Shown here in pieces: positions 18,419 through 28,024 of a stretch of DNA of 64,000 nucleotides. The stretch's first letter is position 1. Every line of letters starts with the position of its first letter. This DNA is from an uncultured virus (IMG/VR IMGVR_UViG_3300025158_000017) (Duplodnaviria > Heunggongvirae > Uroviricota > Caudoviricetes), in the IMG/VR virus record IMGVR_UViG_3300025158_000017; one strand, given 5' to 3'. The translations under genes were made by a program, and so were the position numbers. The notes beneath the pieces are model-generated. The model searched no databases and was not told the origin of the DNA. It was given only the letters and a program-made list of their open reading frames with translations.

Positions 18419-18817
18419 ATGGCAAACGCAAACACTAAAACCGCAGCACCTGCAACCAAAGCTAAGGCACCTGTAGCACCTACCGCAGCGCCCGCAGCAC
18501 CTACCGCAGCGCCCGCAGCACCTACCGCACCAACTTATATAATGGGGGGCTGGCCTGCAAAAGCGCAAGGCGGTGGTAGTGTGCGCGCATACTGTTATCA
18601 AGTAGCACAAGGCTTGCTTAAGGCAAATCCGGCAGGCTTTACAAAAGCGCAATATGCTAGTGCGCTTGCCGCAAACGCCGCTGGCAGCACATGCAAGCAA
18701 CCAAGCACAGGCTGGGGCACTAGTGCTAAGCCCAACGGTGCAGCACATGCCCACGCCAATTGGTTTGCGCACACCAAGCAAGGCTGGCTTGTCCCTGCCC
18801 CTAACAGCAAGGCTTAA
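18419..18817 (+). CDS. Ala/Lys/Pro-rich 132-aa protein with no Asp or Glu, in GA-free island
   Basis: RBS AAAAGG before ATG 18419; PTAAPAA repeats; no GA dinucleotide in gene. Confidence 0.7.
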   Translation: MANANTKTAAPATKAKAPVAPTAAPAAPTAAPAAPTAPTYIMGGWPAKAQGGGSVRAYCYQVAQGLLKANPAGFTKAQYASALAANAAGSTCKQPSTGWGTSAKPNGAAHAHANWFAHTKQGWLVPAPNSKA

Positions 18818-18872
18818 GCCTGCCCTGCCCCTGCCACTAGGGCAGGGGCAACACTTAACCTAAAGGTGCAAA

Positions 18873-18974
18873 ATGTTACATATTCTCTATCCACTGGCGG
18901 GCGTTGCGTTTGTTGCATACGTGCTATGCAATACTTATGCCGGTCTGCTTGCCACGCTGGCAACCCTGCCCTAG
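18873..18974 (+). CDS. 33-aa hydrophobic peptide in GA-free island
   Basis: Manual translation MLHILYPLAGVAFVAYVLCNTYAGLLATLATLP; RBS AAAGGT. Confidence 0.55.
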   Translation: MLHILYPLAGVAFVAYVLCNTYAGLLATLATLP

Positions 18975-19098
18975 CACTACCCCGCCCCTAGCATGGCTGT
19001 AGGCCGCTAGGGGCTGTAGGCCGCTCTCCCTCCACCCCACTTGTCAATCAACCCGACACTTTCTGCATTCCAAAAATAAAAAACGGAGATGGACTCAT

Positions 19099-19398
19099 AT
19101 GGCTTTTCTCATATACAATGAAAACGAAATTCGCACAGGAGCTATGCCCGATTTTTCAAAGTTAGACTCCAATAGACAATTTCGAAGACATTTAGAAAAT
19201 TGGTTCTTTTTAAAATTGACCTTGCGTAATGGTAATATGATTGATAGACATCAAGCCAGTAAGGAAATGGTTATTTGTGACCGGAAATTAGAGTTCTGGG
19301 AGAAAAAACCATCATTTGATCAGAAACAAGCAGAAATCGATATCGCCGAACTTCGCGATTTATGGGAGTTGGAGTATGACAGAAAATCTGGATCATGA
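19099..19398 (+). CDS. Hypothetical protein
   Basis: RBS-like GGAG/TGGA; ORF track. Confidence 0.65.
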   Translation: MAFLIYNENEIRTGAMPDFSKLDSNRQFRRHLENWFFLKLTLRNGNMIDRHQASKEMVICDRKLEFWEKKPSFDQKQAEIDIAELRDLWELEYDRKSGS

Positions 19399-19540
19399 AG
19401 CAATCTTAGCAGAATATTATAAGAAACAAGGTAAGAAGAAAGTTCATTTTTGCCCAGAATGGGACTTTATGGCAATCCACGAAGAATCACCGGAATTTCA
19501 GGCTTGTTTATGCTATTCAGACGAGCTACCTTTGACATAG
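19376..19540 (+). CDS. Small protein with HFCPEWD motif
   Basis: HFCPEWDFM..E.SPEF.AC.C pattern. Confidence 0.6.
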   Translation: MTENLDHEAILAEYYKKQGKKKVHFCPEWDFMAIHEESPEFQACLCYSDELPLT

Positions 19541-19562
19541 TCAAATCACATGGCGCGCACGA

Positions 19563-19835
19563 GTGCTATTTATTGGGATTATGATCGTGTCCGAAGTTAC
19601 AGAATTTCCTGTATTGAAGATTCTTACTGCTGACGAAGCCATTGCTGTATCACAGAGGTTAGGAGCGAAGAGAGGGGTGATCATGTATGATTGCCCTTGT
19701 GGCTGTGGTAAGATTGATACGATTTATATAGGGGAGCCCAATGTTAGGGATTTGCTCTTCTATGCTAAAAATTTAGAGAACTACGCAATGGTAGAATATT
19801 GTGAAGATATAGAGCAGAGTAATGAAATTTCCTGA
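19563..19835 (+). CDS. Hypothetical protein with CPCGCG motif
   Basis: ORF track; overlaps terL start. Confidence 0.5.
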   Translation: MLFIGIMIVSEVTEFPVLKILTADEAIAVSQRLGAKRGVIMYDCPCGCGKIDTIYIGEPNVRDLLFYAKNLENYAMVEYCEDIEQSNEIS

Positions 19836-21330
19836 TAATGTTGTCTGGAGACCCATGAAGGGGAGCCAAGAGGCTTTTCTTTCGACAACTCCGATATTTG
19901 AAGTTTTGTTTGAAGGGACTCGCGGAGGCGGGAAAACAGATTGTCTGCTTATGTCATTCGGTATGCATATTGGAAAAGGATTTGGACCAGCTTGGAAAGG
20001 AATTCTGTTCAGGCAGACTTACAAGCAGCTTGGTGATGTGATTTCGAAAACACAGAAATGGTTTCCTCAAATTTGGCCGAAAGCGAAGTTCAATCAATCT
20101 GATTCGAGTTGGACTTGGCCTGATGGTGAAAAGCTTCTTCTTCGTCAGTTTATGAAGAGTGATGACTACTGGAACTATCACGGACACGAATACCCATGGA
20201 TCGGATGGGAAGAGCTCTGTAACTGGCCGACTGATGAGGGTTACAAACGCATGATGTCATGCTGTCGAAGCTCACAAAAGGGTATGCCTCGTATGGTTCG
20301 CTCAACGACTAACCCATATGGACCTGGACACAATTGGGTGAAACATCGCTTCAAACCTGGAGTGATGAATATGATTGTTCGGAAAGACTTGGTCGATGAA
20401 AATGGCATGAAAGAGCCACCGAGACTAAGTATTCATAGTCATATTGACGAAAATATTGCTCTTTTGGAAGCTGACCCTGATTATAAGCAGAAAATCGCTG
20501 CAAGTGCTCGTAATGCGGCTGAAAGAGCAGCTTGGCTTGAAGGTTCTTGGGACATCGTCTCCGGAGGCATGTTTGACGATGTGTGGGACCCGAAATGGAA
20601 TGTGGTTCCAGTGTTTGAAATCCCTGAAAATTGGCGAATTATTCGTTCTTTTGACTGGGGCGCGTCAAAACCTTTCTCTGTTGGGTGGTGGGCCATTTCT
20701 GATGGATCAGATGTGCAATGGCCTGATGGAACTTGGCGATCTACAGTTCGTGGAGACGTTTTTCGTGTGCGGGAGTGGTATGGATGCACTGGAAAGCCCA
20801 ATGAAGGACTAGATCTGCTCGCATCAGAGATCGCAGAAGGTATAGTTAAGAGAGAATTAGAGTGGGGTTGGCGTCGCCAAGCTGAAAACTGGTGCAGAGT
20901 AAAGCCTGGAGTAGCAGATTCGCAAATTTTTGCTGCTGAAAATGGAAATTGCATTGCTACAGACATGAAAGTCAAGGTTCGACTAGATGATGGCTTCAAA
21001 TATCCAGGAATTAGATGGAATCCAGCAGACAAACGTCCTGGAAGTCGTGCTACAGGCTGGACACAAATGCGTCAGAAGCTGAAAAATGCTTGGCCGAACG
21101 TGAAAAAAGTAAATGAAGAGAAAAGATTGTATCCTCGTGAGAGACCTGGACTCTTCATCTTCGAGCATTGTAAATGGTTTATAGAGACAGTTCCTGTATT
21201 ACCTCGTGATGATAAAGACATGGACGATATAAATACAGACGCAGAAGATCACATCGCAGACGAAACTCGTTATCTCGTTCGCTTTATTCAGCATCCTAGC
21301 TCTTCTGGATCAGTAATCGGGAACTATTAG
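19822..21330 (+). CDS. terL: Terminase large subunit
   Basis: GTRGGGKT Walker A, WEEL Walker B, TTNPYGPGH, FDWG and EDHIADETRY nuclease motifs. Confidence 0.95.
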   Translation: MKFPDNVVWRPMKGSQEAFLSTTPIFEVLFEGTRGGGKTDCLLMSFGMHIGKGFGPAWKGILFRQTYKQLGDVISKTQKWFPQIWPKAKFNQSDSSWTWPDGEKLLLRQFMKSDDYWNYHGHEYPWIGWEELCNWPTDEGYKRMMSCCRSSQKGMPRMVRSTTNPYGPGHNWVKHRFKPGVMNMIVRKDLVDENGMKEPPRLSIHSHIDENIALLEADPDYKQKIAASARNAAERAAWLEGSWDIVSGGMFDDVWDPKWNVVPVFEIPENWRIIRSFDWGASKPFSVGWWAISDGSDVQWPDGTWRSTVRGDVFRVREWYGCTGKPNEGLDLLASEIAEGIVKRELEWGWRRQAENWCRVKPGVADSQIFAAENGNCIATDMKVKVRLDDGFKYPGIRWNPADKRPGSRATGWTQMRQKLKNAWPNVKKVNEEKRLYPRERPGLFIFEHCKWFIETVPVLPRDDKDMDDINTDAEDHIADETRYLVRFIQHPSSSGSVIGNY

Positions 21331-21369
21331 GCTTGCAAGACAAATATGTTTTAGGATAGGCTCAGCAAT

Positions 21370-22896
21370 ATGGTAAGTTCACTCTCATCAGCACATCCTG
21401 AAGCATCTCATGCGAGAGATGATTGGGTTTTAATGCGCGATGCCTATAAAGGCGAACGAGCAGTGAAATCTCGTGGCTCTTTGTATTTACCTATGACGAG
21501 CAGTCATATCATTGATGGTGCTTTGACGAATATTACTTCTGTCGGCTATAAAGCCTATGATGCTTACAAGAAAAGAGCTCGTTTTCCTAATTTTACCCGA
21601 GAAGCTATTCAGATGGCTATCGGTATGATGCATTCACAACCACCAGAAATTAAAATGCCGAAAGTGATGGAGAAGATCACTTCTCGGATGGGAGAATCAC
21701 TGCCTGTGCTTCTAAGGAAGATTAACACTGAGCAATTGATGACTGGTCGCGTTGGTTTGATGGCTGATTTGGCGACTAAACCTCTCCCAGGAAAAGATCT
21801 ACCATATTTGGCGACTTATGTTCCTGAAAGAATCATTAATTGGGATGATGGTCGTGTTGAGCAACTTGTTCCACAGAGTTTGAATCTAGTTGTTATCAAT
21901 GAATCTGAATATGAACGTCAATCAGATTTCACTTGGGACGAAGAACAGAAATATCGCGTTTTGATAATCGGCGACGTTGTTGAAAATGAACAAGAAGCTG
22001 TTTATCGTCAAGGTGTATTTGAAGAAGAAAATTTTGATGAAAGTAAACTGATCACTCCTACATGGAGAGGCAGAACTCTCAGTAAGATTCCATTCGTATT
22101 TATAAATTCTTGTGATATTACTCCAGACGTTGATGATCCACCTCTATTGGATCTTGGTAATATGTGCATGACAATCTATCGAGCAGATGCCGATTACAGG
22201 CAGAATTTGTTCATGCAGGGTCAAGATACTTTTGTCACAATTGGTGGGGCTTGGGACGAAACAGAAGAAGTTCGAGTTGGTGCAGGTTCTCGGATTGATT
22301 TGCCCCAAGGTGCCGATGCTAAATATGTCGGCGTGACAAGTGCTGGTCTCAGTGAACAACGTCAAGCTCTTGAGCGTCTTGAAGCACGTGCTTCTAGTAT
22401 GGGAGCACAAACTCTTGATAGCACGAGCAGAGAACGTGAATCTGGTGATAGTCTTAGAATTCGAGTTGCTGCTAGAACAGCAGACTTGAATACTATTGCT
22501 GACACTGGTGCTGCTGGACTAGAACACATATTGAAAATTGTAGCTGAATGGATGGGTGAAAACCCTGAAGAAGTTTCAGTTCTTGCAAATAAAGAATTTG
22601 GTGAAATGCCATTGACTGGACAGTCGATGGTAGAAATTGCAACTGCTCGTAATCTTGGTTGGCCGATCTCTGCTAAATCTATGCATGATCTCTCACGTAA
22701 GCGTCACATGACGACGAAAACGTTCGAAGAAGAGCTTGCAGAAGCCAAGAAAGAGAATGACCAAGAAGATTTCGTTTTTGCAAAACCTGATTCTGGTGAT
22801 AGGGCTGCCCTTCAGCCTAATGACCCGAATAATCCTGGAGGTCAGAATAAAACTCCAGGTCAAACTACTAACCCGAGTGGGAGAGATAGCAAATGA
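21370..22896 (+). CDS. Portal protein (DUF4055-type)
   Basis: Follows terL; YLP..Y..YKKRARFPN, IPFVFIN, PPLLDL. Confidence 0.9.
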   Translation: MVSSLSSAHPEASHARDDWVLMRDAYKGERAVKSRGSLYLPMTSSHIIDGALTNITSVGYKAYDAYKKRARFPNFTREAIQMAIGMMHSQPPEIKMPKVMEKITSRMGESLPVLLRKINTEQLMTGRVGLMADLATKPLPGKDLPYLATYVPERIINWDDGRVEQLVPQSLNLVVINESEYERQSDFTWDEEQKYRVLIIGDVVENEQEAVYRQGVFEEENFDESKLITPTWRGRTLSKIPFVFINSCDITPDVDDPPLLDLGNMCMTIYRADADYRQNLFMQGQDTFVTIGGAWDETEEVRVGAGSRIDLPQGADAKYVGVTSAGLSEQRQALERLEARASSMGAQTLDSTSRERESGDSLRIRVAARTADLNTIADTGAAGLEHILKIVAEWMGENPEEVSVLANKEFGEMPLTGQSMVEIATARNLGWPISAKSMHDLSRKRHMTTKTFEEELAEAKKENDQEDFVFAKPDSGDRAALQPNDPNNPGGQNKTPGQTTNPSGRDSK

Positions 22897-23006
22897 CAAT
22901 GTTGGAAAATTTCACTGATTGGCTTAAGTCTGCTTGGGCAGATCATCCAATCTACACTCTAATGTTCGGCGGTATTTGTTTCGTTATCGGCGGCATTATA
23001 CTCTAA
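22893..23006 (+). CDS. 37-aa membrane peptide
   Basis: Manual translation MTMLENFTDWLKSAWADHPIYTLMFGGICFVIGGIIL; ATGA overlap. Confidence 0.45.
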   Translation: MTMLENFTDWLKSAWADHPIYTLMFGGICFVIGGIIL

Positions 23007-23043
23007 CAGGGCGTGATGCCCAATAAGATAGGAAAAATCGGAT

Positions 23044-23877
23044 ATGGATCCGCTAGAAATTACTTACGATTCAATTGATGCAGTTCCAGAAGCATTTCGT
23101 GGACTTTATTCTGAAGACAATGGAAAAGCAGTTCTCACTCATGTTAATGGGTTGAAAACTCAACAAGATATTTTCAATGTTCAGGAAGCACTTCGTAAAG
23201 AACGTGCTGATCACGCGGCTGCAAAACAAGCTCTTCAACCTTGGACCAGATTGGGAGATGATCCCACCAAGATTCAGGCACAGCTTGATCGCATCACTGA
23301 ACTTGAAGCTGCTGCTGGTGGTTCTCTTGATGAGACTAAACTGCAATCTCTTGTTGAAGCACGTCTATCACAAAAGACTGCTCCTCTTGAACGACAACTG
23401 AGAGAAACAGCAACAACTCTCGAAACACTTCAAACTGAAAATTCTAACTTGAAGAATTCTCTGCTTAATCGTGATAGGAATGATGCTATTCGAGCAGTAG
23501 CAATAGAAATGAAAGTATTACCAACTGCTATTCCAGATGTGGAAATGGTTGCTGGTATGTTTCTTGAACGAGATGAAACTTCTGGTCAGTTCATTGTTAA
23601 AGCTGATGCAAAAGGTGTGACACCTGGAGCAGATGTAAAACAATTCCTGAAAGAAATGCAGATTCAACGTCCCCATTGGTGGCCTACTTCTCAAGGTGGT
23701 GGTGCTGGCGGTGGACGTGGAATGGGTGATTCAGAAGACAATCCTTGGTCTGTAAAAGGCTGGTCTCTTACAAAACAAGGACAATATATTAGAGAACATG
23801 GTTTGGCGAAAGCTGAAGAAGCAGCAAAATCTGCTAATTCAAAAGTTGGAGCTACTCGTGCAACCGTGAAGACTTAG
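23044..23877 (+). CDS. Capsid scaffolding protein
   Basis: Coiled coil, PHWWP..SQGGGAGG, NPW, position before MCP. Confidence 0.8.
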   Translation: MDPLEITYDSIDAVPEAFRGLYSEDNGKAVLTHVNGLKTQQDIFNVQEALRKERADHAAAKQALQPWTRLGDDPTKIQAQLDRITELEAAAGGSLDETKLQSLVEARLSQKTAPLERQLRETATTLETLQTENSNLKNSLLNRDRNDAIRAVAIEMKVLPTAIPDVEMVAGMFLERDETSGQFIVKADAKGVTPGADVKQFLKEMQIQRPHWWPTSQGGGAGGGRGMGDSEDNPWSVKGWSLTKQGQYIREHGLAKAEEAAKSANSKVGATRATVKT

Positions 23878-24082
23878 CGGGAAGTTCCACCCAGATTCCC
23901 GCTAAAGCGCCCCTGTTGAGTTTTGCCCGGAGCTCCAGGGGCGCACTCGTTACAAAAACACTGTTGCAATCTTTCTACCTTGCGGGTATGGTATAAAGCA
24001 TTCGTTTGATGACGTGATGTCATCTCCCCGATCAGCGAGCATGGGTTCGCATTCCCCAACATAGCCATTGAAAGGACAAATC

Positions 24083-25141
24083 ATGGCAGCAGGTCCTACG
24101 ACTCGGGTGAGCGACATCATCGTCCCCGAAGTATTCACCCCTTATATGCAAGTTCTCACTGAAGAGAAGTCTCGACTGGTTCAATCTGGTCTGCTTTCTC
24201 GTTCAGAAGCTCTTGACAATCTTCTCTCTGGTGGCGGTATCACTTTCAATGTCCCGTCGTTCCGAGATCTTGACAATGATGCTGATCGCATTTCGACTGA
24301 CACTTCTGTGCCTTTCGCAGATGCTGATGCATCTCTTCCGACTGGTGTGGCTCGTCCGCCCAATCCGCTGAAAATCCAAACTCAGCGTGAAATCGCTGTG
24401 CGCTTGAATCGTAACAACTCCTGGTCCACTACTGACCTCGCTGCGATTCTTGCTGGTGCTGACCCGATGCAAGCAATTGCGAATCGCGTCGCTGCATACT
24501 GGACTCGTCGTCTTCAAGCTGCATTCATTGCAACTTGGAATGGCGTTATCGCTGATAACTCTGCAAACGATTTTGGTGATTACATCAATGATATCTCCGG
24601 TGGTGGTTTTGTTGATGGTGTGACCAACTTTTCTGCAGAGGCATTTCTTGATGCTGCTCAGACGATGGGTGATTCGCAAGAAGATCTGGTCGCCTGTGCT
24701 GTTCACTCGGTTGTTTATAACCGTATGCAGAAAAACAACCTGATTGATTTTATTCCTGATGCTCGTGGCGAAATCAATATTCCCACTTTCCTTGGGCGTG
24801 AAGTCATTGTTGACGATGGTCTTCCTCGGACTGGCTCTGTCTACGATACTTGGCTCTTCGGCGCTGGTGCAACTCAGATGGGTGTTGGCACTCCTCCGGT
24901 TGCAACTGAAGTTGAGCGCAAAGCTGGTGGTGGGAATGGTGGTGGTCAAGACGTGCTCTACTCGCGCGTCATGTGGACTCTGCATCCTGCTGGTCACGCT
25001 TGGGTTGGAACTGCTGGTGATGGTGGTCCTGCAAACACTGGAACGGGATCTTCGGATCTTGATGAAGCAGCTTCGTGGAACCGTGTATATCCCGAACGCA
25101 AGCAAATCAAGTTCGCTCGTCTCGTAAGCCGTGAAGCATAA
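24083..25141 (+). CDS. Major capsid protein
   Basis: TRVSDIIVPEVF, ADPMQAIANRVAAYW, GREVIVDDG; strong RBS and downstream terminator. Confidence 0.92.
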   Translation: MAAGPTTRVSDIIVPEVFTPYMQVLTEEKSRLVQSGLLSRSEALDNLLSGGGITFNVPSFRDLDNDADRISTDTSVPFADADASLPTGVARPPNPLKIQTQREIAVRLNRNNSWSTTDLAAILAGADPMQAIANRVAAYWTRRLQAAFIATWNGVIADNSANDFGDYINDISGGGFVDGVTNFSAEAFLDAAQTMGDSQEDLVACAVHSVVYNRMQKNNLIDFIPDARGEINIPTFLGREVIVDDGLPRTGSVYDTWLFGAGATQMGVGTPPVATEVERKAGGGNGGGQDVLYSRVMWTLHPAGHAWVGTAGDGGPANTGTGSSDLDEAASWNRVYPERKQIKFARLVSREA

Positions 25142-25143
25142 TA

Positions 25144-25171
25144 GAGGGGCCGAAGCCCCTCTTTTCACTTT
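25144..25171 (+). terminator. Rho-independent terminator after MCP
   Basis: AGAGGGGC-CGAA-GCCCCTCT then TTTCACTTT. Confidence 0.8.
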
Positions 25172-25189
25172 CATCTTTGGAGGCACAAA

Positions 25190-25711
25190 ATGACCAAAGG
25201 ACTTCCTCGCTCATTGTCGCGTGGTAAAGCACAGCGTCAAGTCGTAAGCAAACTTCAACTCGCTGTTCGTGGTGTTGCTGTCACTGTCGCTGCTGCAAGC
25301 ACGGCAGTCGGTTTCGGAACTGTAGTTATTGGCGATTTTCCAGAAGCACAAATCAAAATGATTGGTGCCGCTGCAAAACTTCAATTCTCTGGCTCTGGTG
25401 CTGATGCCAATCTCACTGCTGATTGGGAAGGTGATTTCAGTATTGGCACGACCGCTACTGCTGACGTTACTCTCAATGGAACTGATGTCAACATTATTGC
25501 TTCAACTGCAATTCCAGCAGCGACTGCTGAAGTTTCGCCAGTTGTGAATGCAATCAATTCAACTGACGCTATTTTTGATAATACTGATGGTTCTCTTGAA
25601 GTTAACCTGAATGTCCTTATCGATGCAATAGGCATTGTTGATGATCAATCAGTTGTATTGACTGTTGATGGTGTTGTTGAAATCACCTACATCACTCTTC
25701 TTGATGATTAA
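25190..25711 (+). CDS. Virion structural protein (head decoration-like)
   Basis: Beta-rich, follows MCP, RBS GGAGG. Confidence 0.65.
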   Translation: MTKGLPRSLSRGKAQRQVVSKLQLAVRGVAVTVAAASTAVGFGTVVIGDFPEAQIKMIGAAAKLQFSGSGADANLTADWEGDFSIGTTATADVTLNGTDVNIIASTAIPAATAEVSPVVNAINSTDAIFDNTDGSLEVNLNVLIDAIGIVDDQSVVLTVDGVVEITYITLLDD

Positions 25712-25757
25712 TGTGGTCGGCCTTATTGGGCCGACTACTTACTAATGGAGAAATAAA

Positions 25758-26411
25758 ATGGATATCAAAGAAGCTCTTGCTGAACTCGACATTTTCAATG
25801 ATGATCAATGGACTGCTGATGGCGCTCCGAAAACTGATACTGTCTCTGAAATTATGGGAAAGAAAGTATCTCGTGCTGATATCACGAATGCTGCTCCTAA
25901 ATTCTCAAGGACAAATGTTGATCTTGAAGAAGTCGAGCCAATAGCAGAAGTCGAAGAAGTTGAAGAAGTCGAAGAGACTGAAGATCTTGATATTTCTATT
26001 CTTCAACAATTTACAGACATGGAGCCAATGCTTCCTCAAGAGCTTGCTGAAAAAGTTCTGAAGAAAATTGATGCACGTTTGCTTCCTGAAGTTGAACTTC
26101 TTTTGGCTCAACAAATGCAAGCTCTTGAATCTAAACAATCAGAACTTGATGAGCTTAAAAGGAAAGTCAAACTTGGACGTTCTTTGACCCAAACATGGAT
26201 CAAACAACTTATTCCTGATATGTCTAATCAACAGGCAATTCAAGAATATATTCGTTCTTCTGCTGCTCATCGTGCAGAGAAAGCTGGTCAGATTCAAAAA
26301 ATCCTTGGTGGTCTTAAACCATCTGATATTGCGAAACTTGATCCTCGTGCTCCTATCGATCGTGCGTTCGCACGTAAAACAGCGCGTGGTGGTGCGAGGC
26401 CTGTGAGATAA
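25758..26411 (+). CDS. Hypothetical head-module protein
   Basis: DDQWTADGAPK motif, acidic linker. Confidence 0.7.
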   Translation: MDIKEALAELDIFNDDQWTADGAPKTDTVSEIMGKKVSRADITNAAPKFSRTNVDLEEVEPIAEVEEVEEVEETEDLDISILQQFTDMEPMLPQELAEKVLKKIDARLLPEVELLLAQQMQALESKQSELDELKRKVKLGRSLTQTWIKQLIPDMSNQQAIQEYIRSSAAHRAEKAGQIQKILGGLKPSDIAKLDPRAPIDRAFARKTARGGARPVR

Positions 26412-27094
26412 TGGCAAGTCGTCGTTCAAAACGTCTTATAGGGCCAATGAGCGCTCAGCTTAGAGCGGCGCTATATTATGCACGAAAAAGACGTTTAGGA
26501 CGACTTGCTGATGCTTCAACTCCGGAAGCAGAACCTGTATTCTTTAATCCTGATGATAAAGCAACAGCTATTTTTCTCAGTAATGGAAATCTAAATGTTG
26601 GAAAAACTGGACTTTTAGGATGGGTTTCTGTTCGTGCAAATATTGGTAGAAGTTCTGGAAAATTTTATCTAGAATCATCTTTTAATTTTTTTACTAACAG
26701 TTTTATAGGATTTGGTGTCGGAAATAGTTCTCAAACTCTTTCCTCTTTTGTTGGTTCTAGCACAAATAGTATTGGTCTGATAACTGATGGAAATTCATTT
26801 TTCAATGGATCTCCGACTGACACAATAAATTTTTTTACTAACACCAACATTTGTTCTATTGCAGTAGATCTTAATATCAGAAAAATTTGGTTTAGAAAAC
26901 AAAATGAAGCATGGAATTCAAAAATTGCTGGAGTTCAAAATCCTGCTACATCTGAGGGTGGTCTAAATGTTCCAGCAGGAGTTATTTTTCCGATTGCTTC
27001 TGTTCAAAGAGATACTGATAGTCAAACTGGTCGTTTCAAATTGAGTGATTTTAGTTTTTCTGCACCTTCTGGTTTCCTTCCATGGGAGTCTTAA
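26411..27094 (+). CDS. SPRY/concanavalin-like domain virion protein
   Basis: SVRANIGRSSGKFYLE, IGFGV, IAVDLNIRKIWF, PSGFLPW. Confidence 0.65.
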   Translation: MASRRSKRLIGPMSAQLRAALYYARKRRLGRLADASTPEAEPVFFNPDDKATAIFLSNGNLNVGKTGLLGWVSVRANIGRSSGKFYLESSFNFFTNSFIGFGVGNSSQTLSSFVGSSTNSIGLITDGNSFFNGSPTDTINFFTNTNICSIAVDLNIRKIWFRKQNEAWNSKIAGVQNPATSEGGLNVPAGVIFPIASVQRDTDSQTGRFKLSDFSFSAPSGFLPWES

Positions 27095-27095
27095 A

Positions 27096-27626
27096 ATGCC
27101 TTTCACAGTAGAAGATGGCACGGGAATAACGGATGCAAACTCTTATACAGATGTTGCATTCGCTGATGCTTATTTTCTAGATCGTGGTAATGCTGCATGG
27201 GCTGCTGCTTTGACTGCTGCTAAAGAACAAGCCTTGATTAAAGCGACTGACTATATCGAATTGAGATTCAAAGATAGATGGAAAGGAATGCTCTCTATTG
27301 ATGCGACAACACTTTCTTTTCCTCGAAACTATATGTATGACAGAAAAGGTGAATTGATCGACTTTACAGTTGATGGAATCCCAACAGATATTCAGAAAGC
27401 GACGTGTGAATATGCTTATAGAGCTCTTACTTCTGATCTTCTGCCTGACCCTACTGTTTCCGATTCTGGTCAAGCTGTCAAGCGAACATTCGATAAAGTT
27501 GGACCAATCGAAACAGAAATCGAGTATGAAGGGGCCGCTGCTCGCCCTGATCTTATTCGTCCTTATCCAACAGCCGACAAACTTCTACTTTATTGGATCA
27601 CAGGTGTAGGAGGCGTGATTCGATAA
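27096..27626 (+). CDS. Head-tail adaptor (DnaT-like family)
   Basis: VEDGTG..ANSY, AL.KATDYI, L.FPR, IP..IQKATCE.A, KVGPIETEY-like. Confidence 0.8.
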   Translation: MPFTVEDGTGITDANSYTDVAFADAYFLDRGNAAWAAALTAAKEQALIKATDYIELRFKDRWKGMLSIDATTLSFPRNYMYDRKGELIDFTVDGIPTDIQKATCEYAYRALTSDLLPDPTVSDSGQAVKRTFDKVGPIETEIEYEGAAARPDLIRPYPTADKLLLYWITGVGGVIR

Positions 27627-28024
27627 TGGCGATCGATTATAATAAACTCGCAGCGAAGGCTCAACAACTAATTACTGACAGTGGAAGAACTGTTAGATTA
27701 GTCAAACCTGGAATTGTTCCAGTAGATCCGACAAAACCATGGAATGGAAATATTCCTACTGGTGAAGTGACATTAGAAGTTCCAGCAGTTCAACTTCTTC
27801 CAAACGCTGTGAGAATATTCTCTCTTTCTGCATTGGGCGATGCAAATGAATTTCGTGGTCTTGTAACATTTTCTGAACTTGTGTATATTATATTTCAAGG
27901 TGAAGAAAATCTTGAGGACTATACTATTGTTCGCGATGGTGGTGTTGATTTTCAAATAGAAGCAACTCAGGCTTTGAAACCAGCGAATAAAACATTGCTT
28001 GGATTTATTGGAGTTCGTCGATGA
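27626..28024 (+). CDS. Head closure/stopper protein
   Basis: Synteny; A..LI.DSGR.V pattern. Confidence 0.65.
   Translation: MAIDYNKLAAKAQQLITDSGRTVRLVKPGIVPVDPTKPWNGNIPTGEVTLEVPAVQLLPNAVRIFSLSALGDANEFRGLVTFSELVYIIFQGEENLEDYTIVRDGGVDFQIEATQALKPANKTLLGFIGVRR

Noticed and set aside
18222..19054. GA-free island as a simple foreign insertion or a 7-deazaguanine (GA-context) signature
   Set aside because: Ordinary foreign DNA would not lack GA entirely, and no dpdA/queCDE/folE genes are visible in the window; a G modification encoded outside the window cannot be fully excluded
24203..25186. 327-aa minus-strand ORF
   Set aside because: Antisense shadow of the major capsid gene; the same applies to 52643-53389
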